Shown: positions 9,323 through 18,860 of the stretch, piece after piece
Numbering within the stretch: the first letter of the stretch is position 1
Layout of the letters: every line of letters begins with the position of its first letter
NCBI GenBank assembly: GCA_001773725.1
Contig: MEXP01000020.1
Span: 102,767-166,766 of the forward strand
DNA: 64,000 nt
Reading direction: 5' to 3'
DNA from: Candidatus Amesbacteria bacterium RIFCSPLOWO2_01_FULL_49_25
Lineage (GTDB): Bacteria > Patescibacteriota > Microgenomatia > CAZETR01 > Amesbacteraceae
The notes under the pieces: model-generated
The model's input: only the letters and a program-made list of their open reading frames with translations
Told to the model about the DNA's origin: nothing
The model's database searches: none
Position numbers and translations under genes: made by a program

Positions 9323-10708
9323 ATGTTGCAGACCAGACCCCCAATTGTTGTAATCTTGGGCCATGTCGATCATGGCAAAACCACTCTTTTGGACTTTTTA
9401 CGCCAGACCAGTATTGCCTCTCGTGAGGCGGGGGGAATCACCCAAACCATCCGTTCTTTCCAGCTAACTGCTAACAGCCGAAAGCTAACATTTATCGATA
9501 CCCCCGGCCACGCCGCCTTTTCTGCCATGCGCTCCCGCGGCAGTCAAATCGCCGATATTGCCGTTCTTGTTGTCGCCGCCGATGACGGAGTTATGCCCCA
9601 AACCAAGCAGTCCGTTGAATACATCAACCAGGCCCAAATCCCCTTCATTGTCGCCATTAATAAATCGGATCTCCCCTCGGCCAATCTCGATAAAGTTAAA
9701 ACTCAGCTCACAGACATTGGGGTCGTCGTCGAAGATTTCGGCGGCCCTGTCCCTTGTGTCCCCATTTCCGCCAAAACCGGCTCCGGCATCCCTGACCTTT
9801 TAGAAATTATTTCTCTTCTCTCCGAGCTCCACCCTCCCCAAGCCGATCCCGACTCTCCTCTTCAGGCGGTTGTTCTAGAGACTCATCTTGATTCCCAAAA
9901 AGGACTTCTGGCCACGGTCATTGTCAAAAACGGCACACTGCATCTTGGTAGCCAGTTGTACTCGGGTGAACCCGTCGGCAAGGCCCGCGCCCTCACCGGA
10001 CCTGATGGCGAGTTACTCAAATCTGCGCTTCCGAGCCAACCGGTCGAAATATTGGGTCTGAGCGCCGTTCCTGAGGTTGGATCAATTCTAGCCAGTGCTC
10101 CTAGTGTCCCCAGTCACCCCAAGCCCAGTGAAGCGCCCCCAAACACCACTAACGACAAAAAATTCAACCTCATCCTTAAAACTGACACCGCCGGTTCCCT
10201 CGAGGCTATCGCCTCTTCTCTCCCTCCCGCCGTCTCTGTTCTTTCTTCCGGTACCGGAGATGTCGGTGAATCCGACGTGGAATTTGCCAAAACCGGTTCG
10301 GCTTCGATTTTTGCCTTCAACGTCAAAGTCCCCTCATCGGTCGCCAAATTAGCCGAAATTGAGCGTATCCGGATATATTCTCACAAAATTATTTACGAGC
10401 TTCTTGACGAGCTTAACCAGCTTACCAAAGTCACTGTCGAGGTCTTCCTGGCCCAGGCCCAAATTATTGCCGAATTCAAAATAGGTCAAGATAGGGTGGC
10501 GGGACTTCGCGTCCTAGAAGGCGAAATTTCAAAAAGCCACAAAATCCGTCTTCTCCGCGGGGATTCTATCATCGGCGAAACTCGAATTAAATCTCTCAAA
10601 TCCGGTAAAAACGATCTTATAGTTGCCAAATCCCAACAGGAATTTGGGGCCGTCTTCAGCCCATATCTTGACTTTAAAATTGGCGACAGTATAATAGCCC
10701 TCCAGTAA
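9323..10708 (+). CDS. infB: Translation initiation factor IF-2 (short, lacks the N-terminal domain)
   Basis: [36 protein letters not shown]. Confidence 0.97.
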   Translation: MLQTRPPIVVILGHVDHGKTTLLDFLRQTSIASREAGGITQTIRSFQLTANSRKLTFIDTPGHAAFSAMRSRGSQIADIAVLVVAADDGVMPQTKQSVEYINQAQIPFIVAINKSDLPSANLDKVKTQLTDIGVVVEDFGGPVPCVPISAKTGSGIPDLLEIISLLSELHPPQADPDSPLQAVVLETHLDSQKGLLATVIVKNGTLHLGSQLYSGEPVGKARALTGPDGELLKSALPSQPVEILGLSAVPEVGSILASAPSVPSHPKPSEAPPNTTNDKKFNLILKTDTAGSLEAIASSLPPAVSVLSSGTGDVGESDVEFAKTGSASIFAFNVKVPSSVAKLAEIERIRIYSHKIIYELLDELNQLTKVTVEVFLAQAQIIAEFKIGQDRVAGLRVLEGEISKSHKIRLLRGDSIIGETRIKSLKSGKNDLIVAKSQQEFGAVFSPYLDFKIGDSIIALQ

Positions 10709-10720
10709 CCTATAGAATAT

Positions 10721-11590
10721 ATGGCTCGGCCGGATGTTTCCTCTATTCGCTCTCTTTTGTCCTCTTCTCAATCTGTGGCCCTGCTTTTACCCGCTCATCC
10801 TTCCTACGATGCCGTATCCGCCATCCTCGCTCTCAAACTCAGTTTCGATGCCGTCGGTAAGTCCACCCTTGTCGCTTGCCCCGACCCCATCATTGTCGAA
10901 TTTAATCGTCTCATCGGCATCGATACTGTCACCTCAATGTTCGGAGGCCGTGACCTGATAATTGCTTTTCCCGAGCAGACTGAGCACGTGGACAAAGTCA
11001 CCTACAACATTGAGGCCGGAGAACTCCGTTTAGTTGTCACCCCCAAACAATCCGCCCCCACACTCGATCACCGGCGGCTCAAATTTATTTCCGGCTCTCA
11101 CCACGCCGACGCCATCATGCTTGTCGATGTGGACAGCTTGACCGATTTAGGCCATATCTATGAACAAGGCAAAGAAGCCTTTCGAGCCTCGGAAAAAATG
11201 GTCTCTCTGACCCGTAATTTACCGGCTCAAAATTACACTCCCCATCAGGTTTATGATCCCCTGGCACTCTCTCTGTCGGAGTTAGTAGTCTATCTCATTG
11301 AATCTTTATCTCTCCCCCTGCCCGCCGACGCCGCCACCAACCTTTTGGCCGGTCTTGAACGGGCTACTCAAAATTTCCAGCACCCCGAAATTTCCGCTTC
11401 GGCTTTTGAAACCGCCGCCAGACTCATAAAATCTGGCGCCCGCCGTCACGCCGATCAAATCTCGGCCGCCGACTTTCCCTCAGGCTCGATTCCCGCTTCT
11501 CCCGGTACTGCCGAGTCCGTAGCCGAGATCAAAGGTCCTCCTGACGACTGGATGGCCCCCAAAGTCTATCGCGGCCCCATGTTGCAATAA
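10721..11590 (+). CDS. DHH/NrnA-like protein with degenerate catalytic motifs
   Basis: N-terminal HPSYDAVSA resembles DHH motif I; AATNLLAGL..AT.NF resembles the DHH C-lobe; sits after infB; no DHH triad. Confidence 0.6.
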   Translation: MARPDVSSIRSLLSSSQSVALLLPAHPSYDAVSAILALKLSFDAVGKSTLVACPDPIIVEFNRLIGIDTVTSMFGGRDLIIAFPEQTEHVDKVTYNIEAGELRLVVTPKQSAPTLDHRRLKFISGSHHADAIMLVDVDSLTDLGHIYEQGKEAFRASEKMVSLTRNLPAQNYTPHQVYDPLALSLSELVVYLIESLSLPLPADAATNLLAGLERATQNFQHPEISASAFETAARLIKSGARRHADQISAADFPSGSIPASPGTAESVAEIKGPPDDWMAPKVYRGPMLQ

Positions 11591-11691
11591 ATACCTGTGC
11601 TATAATGCAACCAATTCAAGAGAAACTAACGAAAGTTTGACAGATTGCTGCTCTCACTTTCGCCCTATCTCTTGTTATTTTAATGTTTTTT

Positions 11692-11958
11692 ATGGCTCTC
11701 GATACTTCCTCCAAACAAAATATCATTGAACAATTCGCCCAAGCCAAGGGGGACACCGGCTCGCCCGAAGTCCAGGTGGCCTTGCTTACCGAAAAGATCA
11801 ACAAATTAACCGAGCATTTAAAACAGCACAAAAAAGACAATCATTCCCGAAGGGGTCTGATCAGTATGGTTTCCAAACGCCGTCGTCTCCTGCACTACAT
11901 TCAAAAGAAAGACCTCAAACGCTACCAGGCCTTAACAAAAAAGCTTGGGTTAAAATAA
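11692..11958 (+). CDS. rpsO: 30S ribosomal protein S15
   Basis: [13 protein letters not shown]...[11 protein letters not shown]; start moved to ATG 11692. Confidence 0.97.
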   Translation: MALDTSSKQNIIEQFAQAKGDTGSPEVQVALLTEKINKLTEHLKQHKKDNHSRRGLISMVSKRRRLLHYIQKKDLKRYQALTKKLGLK

Positions 11959-12004
11959 TCCCAACTAGAAATTTCTAGTTTTATAAGTTAAAATATCAAT
12001 ATAT

Positions 12005-12067
12005 CGAAGCTGTTCAAGAGGTGCGAAGAGCGTGCAGTTCTCTCTTCAGACTTCTGGAAGAGCTTCG
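12005..12067 (+). promoter_or_regulatory. Long imperfect hairpin in the pnp leader
   Basis: Nested arms CGAAGCT/AGCTTCG, AGAGGT/ACTTCT and GAAGAG/CTCTTC, ending 8 nt before the pnp ATG. Confidence 0.6.
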
Positions 12068-12075
12068 GGATTAGG

Positions 12076-14268
12076 ATGAAAATTGTTACCAAATCAGTAA
12101 ATATTTCCGGTCGGACATTGAGTTTCGAAGTCGGTCGAGTGGCCGAGCAAGCCGCCAGTGCGGTCCTCGCTCGCTATGGAGATTCCGTCGTCTTAGCCGC
12201 CGTAACCGTCGGGTCGGAGGACAACAAAAAGGATCACTTCCCCCTGTCCGTTGAATATCAGGAACGCCTTTATTCAGGCGGACGCATCAAAGGCAGCCGT
12301 TGGATTAAGCGTGAGCGAAATACCGATGAGGAAGCCCTATCTTCCCGTCTCATCGATCGGTCCATTCGCCCCCTTTTTCCGGCTTGGTTTAGAAATGAAG
12401 TCCAGGTCATCGTCATGGTTTTGGCAACCGACATCGACAACGACACCGACGTTCTGGGAATAAATGCCGTCTCTGCCGCAATCGCCGCTTCTCCGGTTCC
12501 CTGGTCGGGGCCGGTGGGAGCCGTAAGAATCGGCCTTACCGACGGCCAAATAATCACCAATCCCCAAAACGGCAATCGCGAAGGAGTCGACCTTGATTTA
12601 GTAGTTTCCAGCACTTCTGATTTAATACCCATGATCGAGGCCGGCGCCAACCAAATCCCCGAAGATCAAGTCATAGCCGGGATCACCCAAGGCCTCTCCG
12701 AGAACAAAAAAATTGTATCTTGCATCAATGAACTGGTCGCCGAAGTTGGAAAAACCAAACTCCCGGTTAAAGAAAAACAGCTCGACCCGTCATTGGTTTC
12801 TCAAGTAGAGTCGTCTGCCCAAAAACTCATCGACGAATTTATCACCTCAGCCAGTCTCAAGGAAGGCAGTAGCGTGGAATCCATCATCGCTTCTGTATCT
12901 GAAAATCTGGATGAAAAACAAAAAAAAGACGTCCCGGCTATTATTGAAGCTCAAATAAAAAAGACCATTCGCCGCAATTTGCTGGAGAAATCTCTCCGTC
13001 CTGACGGCCGGAAGTTAGATGAGATCCGTCCTCTGCACGTCGAAGTCGGGGTTCTCCCGCGTGTTCATGGCTCGGCCATTTTCCAGCGCGGCCAAACCCA
13101 AGCCCTGACTGTGTCAACGCTTGGCGCCCCCTCTCTTAGTCAGACTTTGGAATCAGCCGAAGGCGAAGCCATTAAGCGCTACATTCACCATTATAATTTC
13201 CCCCCTTTCTCCACTGGTGAGACAGGTCGAGTCGGCGCCCCCAAACGTCGGGAAATCGGTCACGGTGCTCTGGCCGAACGTGCCTTGGCTCCGGTTATTC
13301 CTCCCGAAACTCAGTTCCCTTATGCCATCCGCCTTGTCTCCGAGATTTTAAGTTCCAATGGCTCGACCAGCATGGCCTCCACTTGCGGCTCAACTTTGTC
13401 TCTGATGGACGCCGGTGTTCCCATTTTGGCCCCGGTTGCCGGCATCTCCACAGGCTTGGTCACGCCCGACGACTACCCCCTAAAAGCTAACAGCTACAAA
13501 CTATTAACCGACATCATCGGTTTAGAGGATCACTACACCGACATGGATTTCAAAGTCGCCGGCACAACCAAGGGCATCACCGCCATCCAGCTGGATGTTA
13601 AAGTCCCGGGACTCACCCTCGACATTTGCAAAGGCGCGCTGGAGCGTGCCAAAACCGCCCGGCTGCAGATCCTCGACGCGATGCTCAAGGTTCTACCCCA
13701 TTCCAGACCCGAGTTATCATCATATGCCCCCAAAATTAGCACCGCAACCATCCCCGTGGACAAAATTGGCGAGCTCATCGGTCCGGGTGGCAAAAACATC
13801 AAAAAACTCATGGCCGATACCCAGACCGATATCGACGTTAGGGATGACGGCTCTGTTTTTGTCTCCGGCACTGATTCGGCGGGAGTGGGCCACGTTCTCT
13901 CCTATCTTCAAGCCATGACCAAAGAAGTCGCAGCCGGGGAAATTTATGAAGGCACAGTCGCCCGAATCCAGCCCTTTGGCGCTTTCGTCACTATCCTTCC
14001 CGGTAAAGACGGCCTGGTCCACGTTTCTCAAATGGCCCAGGGCTTTGTCTCCGATCCCAATCAAATGGTCCATGTTGGTCAAGTGGTCCGGGTCTGGGTC
14101 ACCGAGGTCGATCCCCAGGGCAAAATCGCCCTCAGCATGCTTTTCGACGAATCAGGTAGCCCCATAGTAAAAGCTCACCCCCCCCGTTCCTCCGGCCCTT
14201 TCTCCGCCCCGCTTTCTAGCAGGGGTCCCGACCGCCGTCGCCCCTCGGTGGGGAGCCGCCGCTTTTAG
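12076..14268 (+). CDS. pnp: Polyribonucleotide nucleotidyltransferase (PNPase)
   Basis: RLIDRSIRPLF, RREIGHG, SNGSTSMAS, DMDFKVAGT, KH and S1 domains. Confidence 0.98.
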   Translation: MKIVTKSVNISGRTLSFEVGRVAEQAASAVLARYGDSVVLAAVTVGSEDNKKDHFPLSVEYQERLYSGGRIKGSRWIKRERNTDEEALSSRLIDRSIRPLFPAWFRNEVQVIVMVLATDIDNDTDVLGINAVSAAIAASPVPWSGPVGAVRIGLTDGQIITNPQNGNREGVDLDLVVSSTSDLIPMIEAGANQIPEDQVIAGITQGLSENKKIVSCINELVAEVGKTKLPVKEKQLDPSLVSQVESSAQKLIDEFITSASLKEGSSVESIIASVSENLDEKQKKDVPAIIEAQIKKTIRRNLLEKSLRPDGRKLDEIRPLHVEVGVLPRVHGSAIFQRGQTQALTVSTLGAPSLSQTLESAEGEAIKRYIHHYNFPPFSTGETGRVGAPKRREIGHGALAERALAPVIPPETQFPYAIRLVSEILSSNGSTSMASTCGSTLSLMDAGVPILAPVAGISTGLVTPDDYPLKANSYKLLTDIIGLEDHYTDMDFKVAGTTKGITAIQLDVKVPGLTLDICKGALERAKTARLQILDAMLKVLPHSRPELSSYAPKISTATIPVDKIGELIGPGGKNIKKLMADTQTDIDVRDDGSVFVSGTDSAGVGHVLSYLQAMTKEVAAGEIYEGTVARIQPFGAFVTILPGKDGLVHVSQMAQGFVSDPNQMVHVGQVVRVWVTEVDPQGKIALSMLFDESGSPIVKAHPPRSSGPFSAPLSSRGPDRRRPSVGSRRF

Positions 14269-14283
14269 TGATATCATAAGGCC

Positions 14284-15327
14284 GTGACCGACTCCTTAAC
14301 TTCAGATATTCAAAAATTACAGACTCAGGTCGATTCGGCCGATCTCCCAGCTGACTTGCGTTCCAAAGTCAACGCCATGATCAGCCAGCTTTCCCGCCAG
14401 GCTCAACATGGAAGCTACAGCGTGGAGTTTGAGGAAATTTCTCGTTACATCGACTGGATAACTCGCCTACCATGGGTATTTACCACCCAAGATAACTTAG
14501 ATCTCCAGCACGCCCGCCAAGTTTTAGACTCGCACCATTACGGCCTTGAAGACCTCAAACAGCGCATTTTAGAATATATGTCCGTTCTTATTCTCAACCA
14601 AAAAAATAAGTCCGGCTACCACGCCCCTATTTTACTTTTGGTAGGCCTGGTCGGAACCGGTAAGACGACTCTGGCGGAAAGTATCGCCGCCACCCTGGAG
14701 CGCAGATTTGTCCGTATCCCCTTCGGCGGCATGAGTTCCGCCCTCGATCTTCGCGGCCAATCTCGTGTCCATCCCGAAGCCGAGCCGGGCCAGATCATAA
14801 AGAACCTCCAGCGCGCCGGATCCAAAAACCCGGTTATCTTATTAGATGAGATCGATAGAGTAGCCCCATCAGCCCAAGGGGAAATAATGGGTGTCCTAGT
14901 GGAACTCTTGGACCCCAACCAAAATTCGACATTCGTCGATCATTACATCGATTACCCGTTTGACCTGTCTCAAGCTCTTTTTATAACTACATCCAACAAT
15001 ACGGCCAACATCGCCACCGCAGTTATGGACCGGCTCGAGCCGCTGATGATGCCCTCTTACACTGATGAGGAAAAAATTATGATTGCCAAAAATTATGTCT
15101 TGCCTCGGACCATAAAAAACGCCGGATTACCCCCAAATGCTCTGGTTATCGACGAATCGGTCTGGCCCAAAATCACCCGCCCCCTAGGGTTTGACTCCGG
15201 CATTCGTACTCTCGAGCGGACCATCGAAGGCATAGTTAGAAAAACCGCTAAACTCCTGGTCGAAGGCCACACCAGCCAAATACAAGTCACGGGAAACAAT
15301 ATCAAACAATTCCTCCCCACCTACTAA
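14284..15327 (+). CDS. Lon-type AAA+ ATPase module without N-domain or protease domain
   Basis: LDSHHYGLEDLKQRILEY, GLVGTGKT, NPVILLDEID, LLDPNQN..FVDHY, GIRTLER; ends where the Lon protease domain would start. Confidence 0.85.
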   Translation: MTDSLTSDIQKLQTQVDSADLPADLRSKVNAMISQLSRQAQHGSYSVEFEEISRYIDWITRLPWVFTTQDNLDLQHARQVLDSHHYGLEDLKQRILEYMSVLILNQKNKSGYHAPILLLVGLVGTGKTTLAESIAATLERRFVRIPFGGMSSALDLRGQSRVHPEAEPGQIIKNLQRAGSKNPVILLDEIDRVAPSAQGEIMGVLVELLDPNQNSTFVDHYIDYPFDLSQALFITTSNNTANIATAVMDRLEPLMMPSYTDEEKIMIAKNYVLPRTIKNAGLPPNALVIDESVWPKITRPLGFDSGIRTLERTIEGIVRKTAKLLVEGHTSQIQVTGNNIKQFLPTY

Positions 15328-15333
15328 AACCAC

Positions 15334-16008
15334 ATGACTTTCGCCGAAGCCTACGAAAAATACCATTTGCCGCCACATCTTATCCTCCACCAGCTCCGTG
15401 TGGCCGCTCTCGTCTACCTGATTACTCATGATTCTGTTTTTACACCCGATGTTGAATCCGGAGACAGGATCACCGCCGCCGGCCTTCATGACATGGGCGC
15501 TATGGTTAAATTCGACTTGGATTATTTCCCAGATCTTTGGCAGCCGCAGGGAACAGCTTACTGGCAGTCGGTCCAAAGTGATGTGGTTCAGCGGTATGGC
15601 TCCGATGAACATCTCGCCACACCCCGGATTATCTCTGAACTAGGGGTCTCACAGCGAGCGGCATATCTTGCCGGCTGGGTGGGTTTTGCCAAGGCTTCCC
15701 AAAATTTGCATTCCGCCGATCCCGGTCGTCAAATAGTCGCCTATGCCGACTCCTGCATTTCTCCAGACGGTTACGTCGGGCTCAAGACTAGAATCCACGG
15801 AGACCGGAAGCGTCACAAGGCCAACCATGGACCAAAAGCCGGGTCCGACCGGAAATTCGCCCTCCGCGCGAGCGCCCTCCAGCTTATGGAACGACAAATC
15901 CAAACTCGTGCTCCAGCACTGCGTCTCGAGCATATTACTCCCAGTCTAGTCGACCTGATAGCCCAAGAACTTAAAGATTTTTCCATCAATTCTGCGCATG
16001 CTATTTAA
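15334..16008 (+). CDS. HD-superfamily hydrolase-like protein
   Basis: H...LHDMG...EH...YAD spacing. Confidence 0.6.
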   Translation: MTFAEAYEKYHLPPHLILHQLRVAALVYLITHDSVFTPDVESGDRITAAGLHDMGAMVKFDLDYFPDLWQPQGTAYWQSVQSDVVQRYGSDEHLATPRIISELGVSQRAAYLAGWVGFAKASQNLHSADPGRQIVAYADSCISPDGYVGLKTRIHGDRKRHKANHGPKAGSDRKFALRASALQLMERQIQTRAPALRLEHITPSLVDLIAQELKDFSINSAHAI

Positions 16009-16534
16009 TCTCGACTCCATTCAATCAGCCGCCAACAACTACACCCAATCTCTTAGCCAATTTCTGGAGTCGCACGATCTTGACCATCCCCAGTCAGCTG
16101 ATCACTTGGCGATTAAGGTCGCCGATTCGGCCGACTATGATGCTCAACTCCCCCAGCTCTTGAAAATGCTCTCAAGTGCCCAATATGTCAACCTCAATAA
16201 TCGCAGAATCTGTACCGGAAAGCTCATCACCCCGATCACTCTGCCAGGTTTCAGCCAAACCAATTTTTTGGAGATACTCGAACCCAGACCATCCAAAGTC
16301 GGGACCGGTGTCGTCGGATTGGAACACGTTGAATTTTTAGTTCCCGATTTGGATTCCGTCAAATCTGCTTTAGTTGCTAAAAACATATTGCCCGAGTTTC
16401 ACGACAACGGCCATCACCGGAGCTTGATTGTCAAGTTCAACAATCTAGGCCAAGAACTCGTTTACACCAACACTCCTCTTGAACAGGTATTAGTGGAAGA
16501 GCAGAAAAACGGGTTAATCACCAGACTCAAATGA
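15998..16534 (+). CDS. YecM-like VOC/glyoxalase-fold protein
   Basis: DHLAIKV, NNRRI, LEILEP and GLEHVEF motifs. Confidence 0.7.
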   Translation: MLFNLDSIQSAANNYTQSLSQFLESHDLDHPQSADHLAIKVADSADYDAQLPQLLKMLSSAQYVNLNNRRICTGKLITPITLPGFSQTNFLEILEPRPSKVGTGVVGLEHVEFLVPDLDSVKSALVAKNILPEFHDNGHHRSLIVKFNNLGQELVYTNTPLEQVLVEEQKNGLITRLK

Positions 16535-17169
16535 CCACCCAGCAAAAAATTGAGGAACTAAATAAAATTGCCCAAGAGATTAAAAGTTTCCAAGGCTTGG
16601 ACATCGCCCGAAACGCCACTCACGCCGTTCCAGGCGAAGGTCACCCCGACGCCCAGATTATGTTTATCGGCGAGGCTCCTGGCCAAGTGGAAGACTCCAC
16701 TGGTCGGCCTTTCGTCGGTCAATCCGGGCAATTAATGCGCAAGACTCTCACCGAAACCACCAGCATCCAGCCGGAAGAAGTTTTTATAACCAATATCGTC
16801 AAATTTCGCCCGCCGGACAACCGCGATCCAAACGACATTGAAATAGAAACTTGCCGCGACTGGCTTGACCGCCAAATTAATGTTATTCAACCCAAAATTA
16901 TTTGCACTCTCGGCCGATTCAGTATGGCCAAATTTATTCCCGGCGTGACCATCTCTCGTGTCCACGGCCAGCCTCGTTTTGTCACTTTCCAGGGAAATAA
17001 GTTTATAATTTTTCCCATGTACCATCCCGCCGCCGCCCTCAGAGGCACAGGCACCTTGAATGAATTCAAACAGGACTTTAATAAACTAAAGAACCTGCTC
17101 GACCCCGCCTCTCCTCCCAAAGATTTACAATCCCAGCCTTCTCAACCACTCCAGGCCAGTCTGTTTTGA
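16531..17169 (+). CDS. Uracil-DNA glycosylase, family 4
   Basis: FIGEAPG..ED.TGRPFVG, FITNIVK.RPP.NRDP, LGRFS, YHPAA. Confidence 0.93.
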   Translation: MTTQQKIEELNKIAQEIKSFQGLDIARNATHAVPGEGHPDAQIMFIGEAPGQVEDSTGRPFVGQSGQLMRKTLTETTSIQPEEVFITNIVKFRPPDNRDPNDIEIETCRDWLDRQINVIQPKIICTLGRFSMAKFIPGVTISRVHGQPRFVTFQGNKFIIFPMYHPAAALRGTGTLNEFKQDFNKLKNLLDPASPPKDLQSQPSQPLQASLF

Positions 17170-17170
17170 T

Positions 17171-18853
17171 ATGAAATTCCAGCAAAAAAACCCACCCGGC
17201 GAGATACTGCGTATTTTATCTCTCGGCGGCTTCGGCCGGGTAACATCCAACATGTTCGTTTACGAATACGGCCAGGATATTTTAATAGTCGACTGCGGCA
17301 TGGGCTTTCCTTCCGAAGAAATGCTTGGAGTAGACATCCTTATTCCCGACGTATCTTACCTGCGCCCCCGCTTGGGAAAAATCCGCGGCCTGGTAATTAC
17401 TCACGGCCACGAGGACCACACCGGAGCTCTGCCCTATATTCTTCCCCAAATCGGCAACATTCCCATATATGGCAGCAAACTAACTGCAAATTTGATCATG
17501 GAAAAGCTGGCGGAATATCAAGGCATACCCAAGCAGGTCCAAATACTTATTCCTGGAGAGCCCATACGTTTAGGCCAGTTTACCGTCGAATCAGTGCGCG
17601 TAACTCACTCAATCCCCGACGCCACAAATTTGATAATCAAAACTCCCCAAAACACTATCTACCACGGCAGCGACTTCAAATTTGATTTTACCCCCGTAGA
17701 CGGTGTTCCCTCGGATGTGGGTCGGATTGCCGCCGCCGGAAACTCAGGCATAGACCTTCTCTTGTCAGATTCACTTGGCAGCGAGCGGCGCGGGTACACC
17801 CCATCGGAAAAATCACTTGAGGAAATGTTTGAGCGGGAAATTTCTCATTGTCAGGGAAAATTTATCGTCACCACTATGGGCAGCAACATTAGTCGCTGGC
17901 GCCAAGCCGCCGAAGCCGCCCTTCGCCACGGCCGCCGCGTTTGTATCTTGGGCAAATCCATAAGTCGCAATATTTCTGTCGCCTCCCGTCTGGGTTATCT
18001 CCAGCTTCCCTCATCGATTATTATCGAACCCAAAGACGTCAAAAAGCTTCCCCCCAAAAACGTTTGTCTGCTGGTTGCCGGCTCCCAGGCTCAAGCCGGC
18101 TCGGCTCTGGAACGTCTGGCCACCGAGGACAATAAGGACGTCAAAATCCTTCCAGGAGATAAAGTCGTTTTTTCCTCGGATTACATTCCCGGCAGTGAAT
18201 CTGCGGTGCAGTCACTCATCGATACTCTCTCCCGACTTGGAGCCACCGTCATCTATTCAAATATCACCGACGATCTGCATGTCTCCGGTCACGGTTCCCG
18301 CCAAGACCTGCTTTTAATGATGACCCTTACCCACCCCAAATATCTCCTGCCTATCGGCGGAACTTATCGCCATATGGTTCAGTACTCACTCCTGGCTCAA
18401 ACCATGGGTTTTTCCCCGGATAAAATCCTCTTACCTTCCTACAATCAAACTCTGGAAGTCTCTTCCACTGGTGTAAAACTTGGCCCCCTCACCGATATCA
18501 AAAATGTCATGGTAGACGGCCTGGGAATTGGAGACGTCGGCCACGTCGTTCTTCGTGATCGTCAGCATTTAGCGGAGGAGGGGATAGTCGTAGCCGTCGC
18601 TCAGGTCGACCAAAACAATACAGGCAAGCTCATCGACCTCGAACTTATCAGCCGCGGATTTGTTTTCGACAAATACAACGGCAATATTCTCAAAGAGGCC
18701 ATCTCCCAAGCCAAGTCGGCATTTGGGAAACCCAAGGGACATATTGACTCCGATCGTCATACCCGTCAGATATTAGTCGACGTTTTAGAACGTTTCTTCT
18801 TCGATCGCACCCGTCGTCGCCCCATGATTCTGCCCGTAGTTATTGAGGTATAA
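17171..18853 (+). CDS. rnj: Ribonuclease J
   Basis: ITHGHEDHTG, HSIPD, DFKFD, HVSGH, RRPMILPVVIEV. Confidence 0.96.
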   Translation: MKFQQKNPPGEILRILSLGGFGRVTSNMFVYEYGQDILIVDCGMGFPSEEMLGVDILIPDVSYLRPRLGKIRGLVITHGHEDHTGALPYILPQIGNIPIYGSKLTANLIMEKLAEYQGIPKQVQILIPGEPIRLGQFTVESVRVTHSIPDATNLIIKTPQNTIYHGSDFKFDFTPVDGVPSDVGRIAAAGNSGIDLLLSDSLGSERRGYTPSEKSLEEMFEREISHCQGKFIVTTMGSNISRWRQAAEAALRHGRRVCILGKSISRNISVASRLGYLQLPSSIIIEPKDVKKLPPKNVCLLVAGSQAQAGSALERLATEDNKDVKILPGDKVVFSSDYIPGSESAVQSLIDTLSRLGATVIYSNITDDLHVSGHGSRQDLLLMMTLTHPKYLLPIGGTYRHMVQYSLLAQTMGFSPDKILLPSYNQTLEVSSTGVKLGPLTDIKNVMVDGLGIGDVGHVVLRDRQHLAEEGIVVAVAQVDQNNTGKLIDLELISRGFVFDKYNGNILKEAISQAKSAFGKPKGHIDSDRHTRQILVDVLERFFFDRTRRRPMILPVVIEV

Positions 18854-18860
18854 TCACCCC

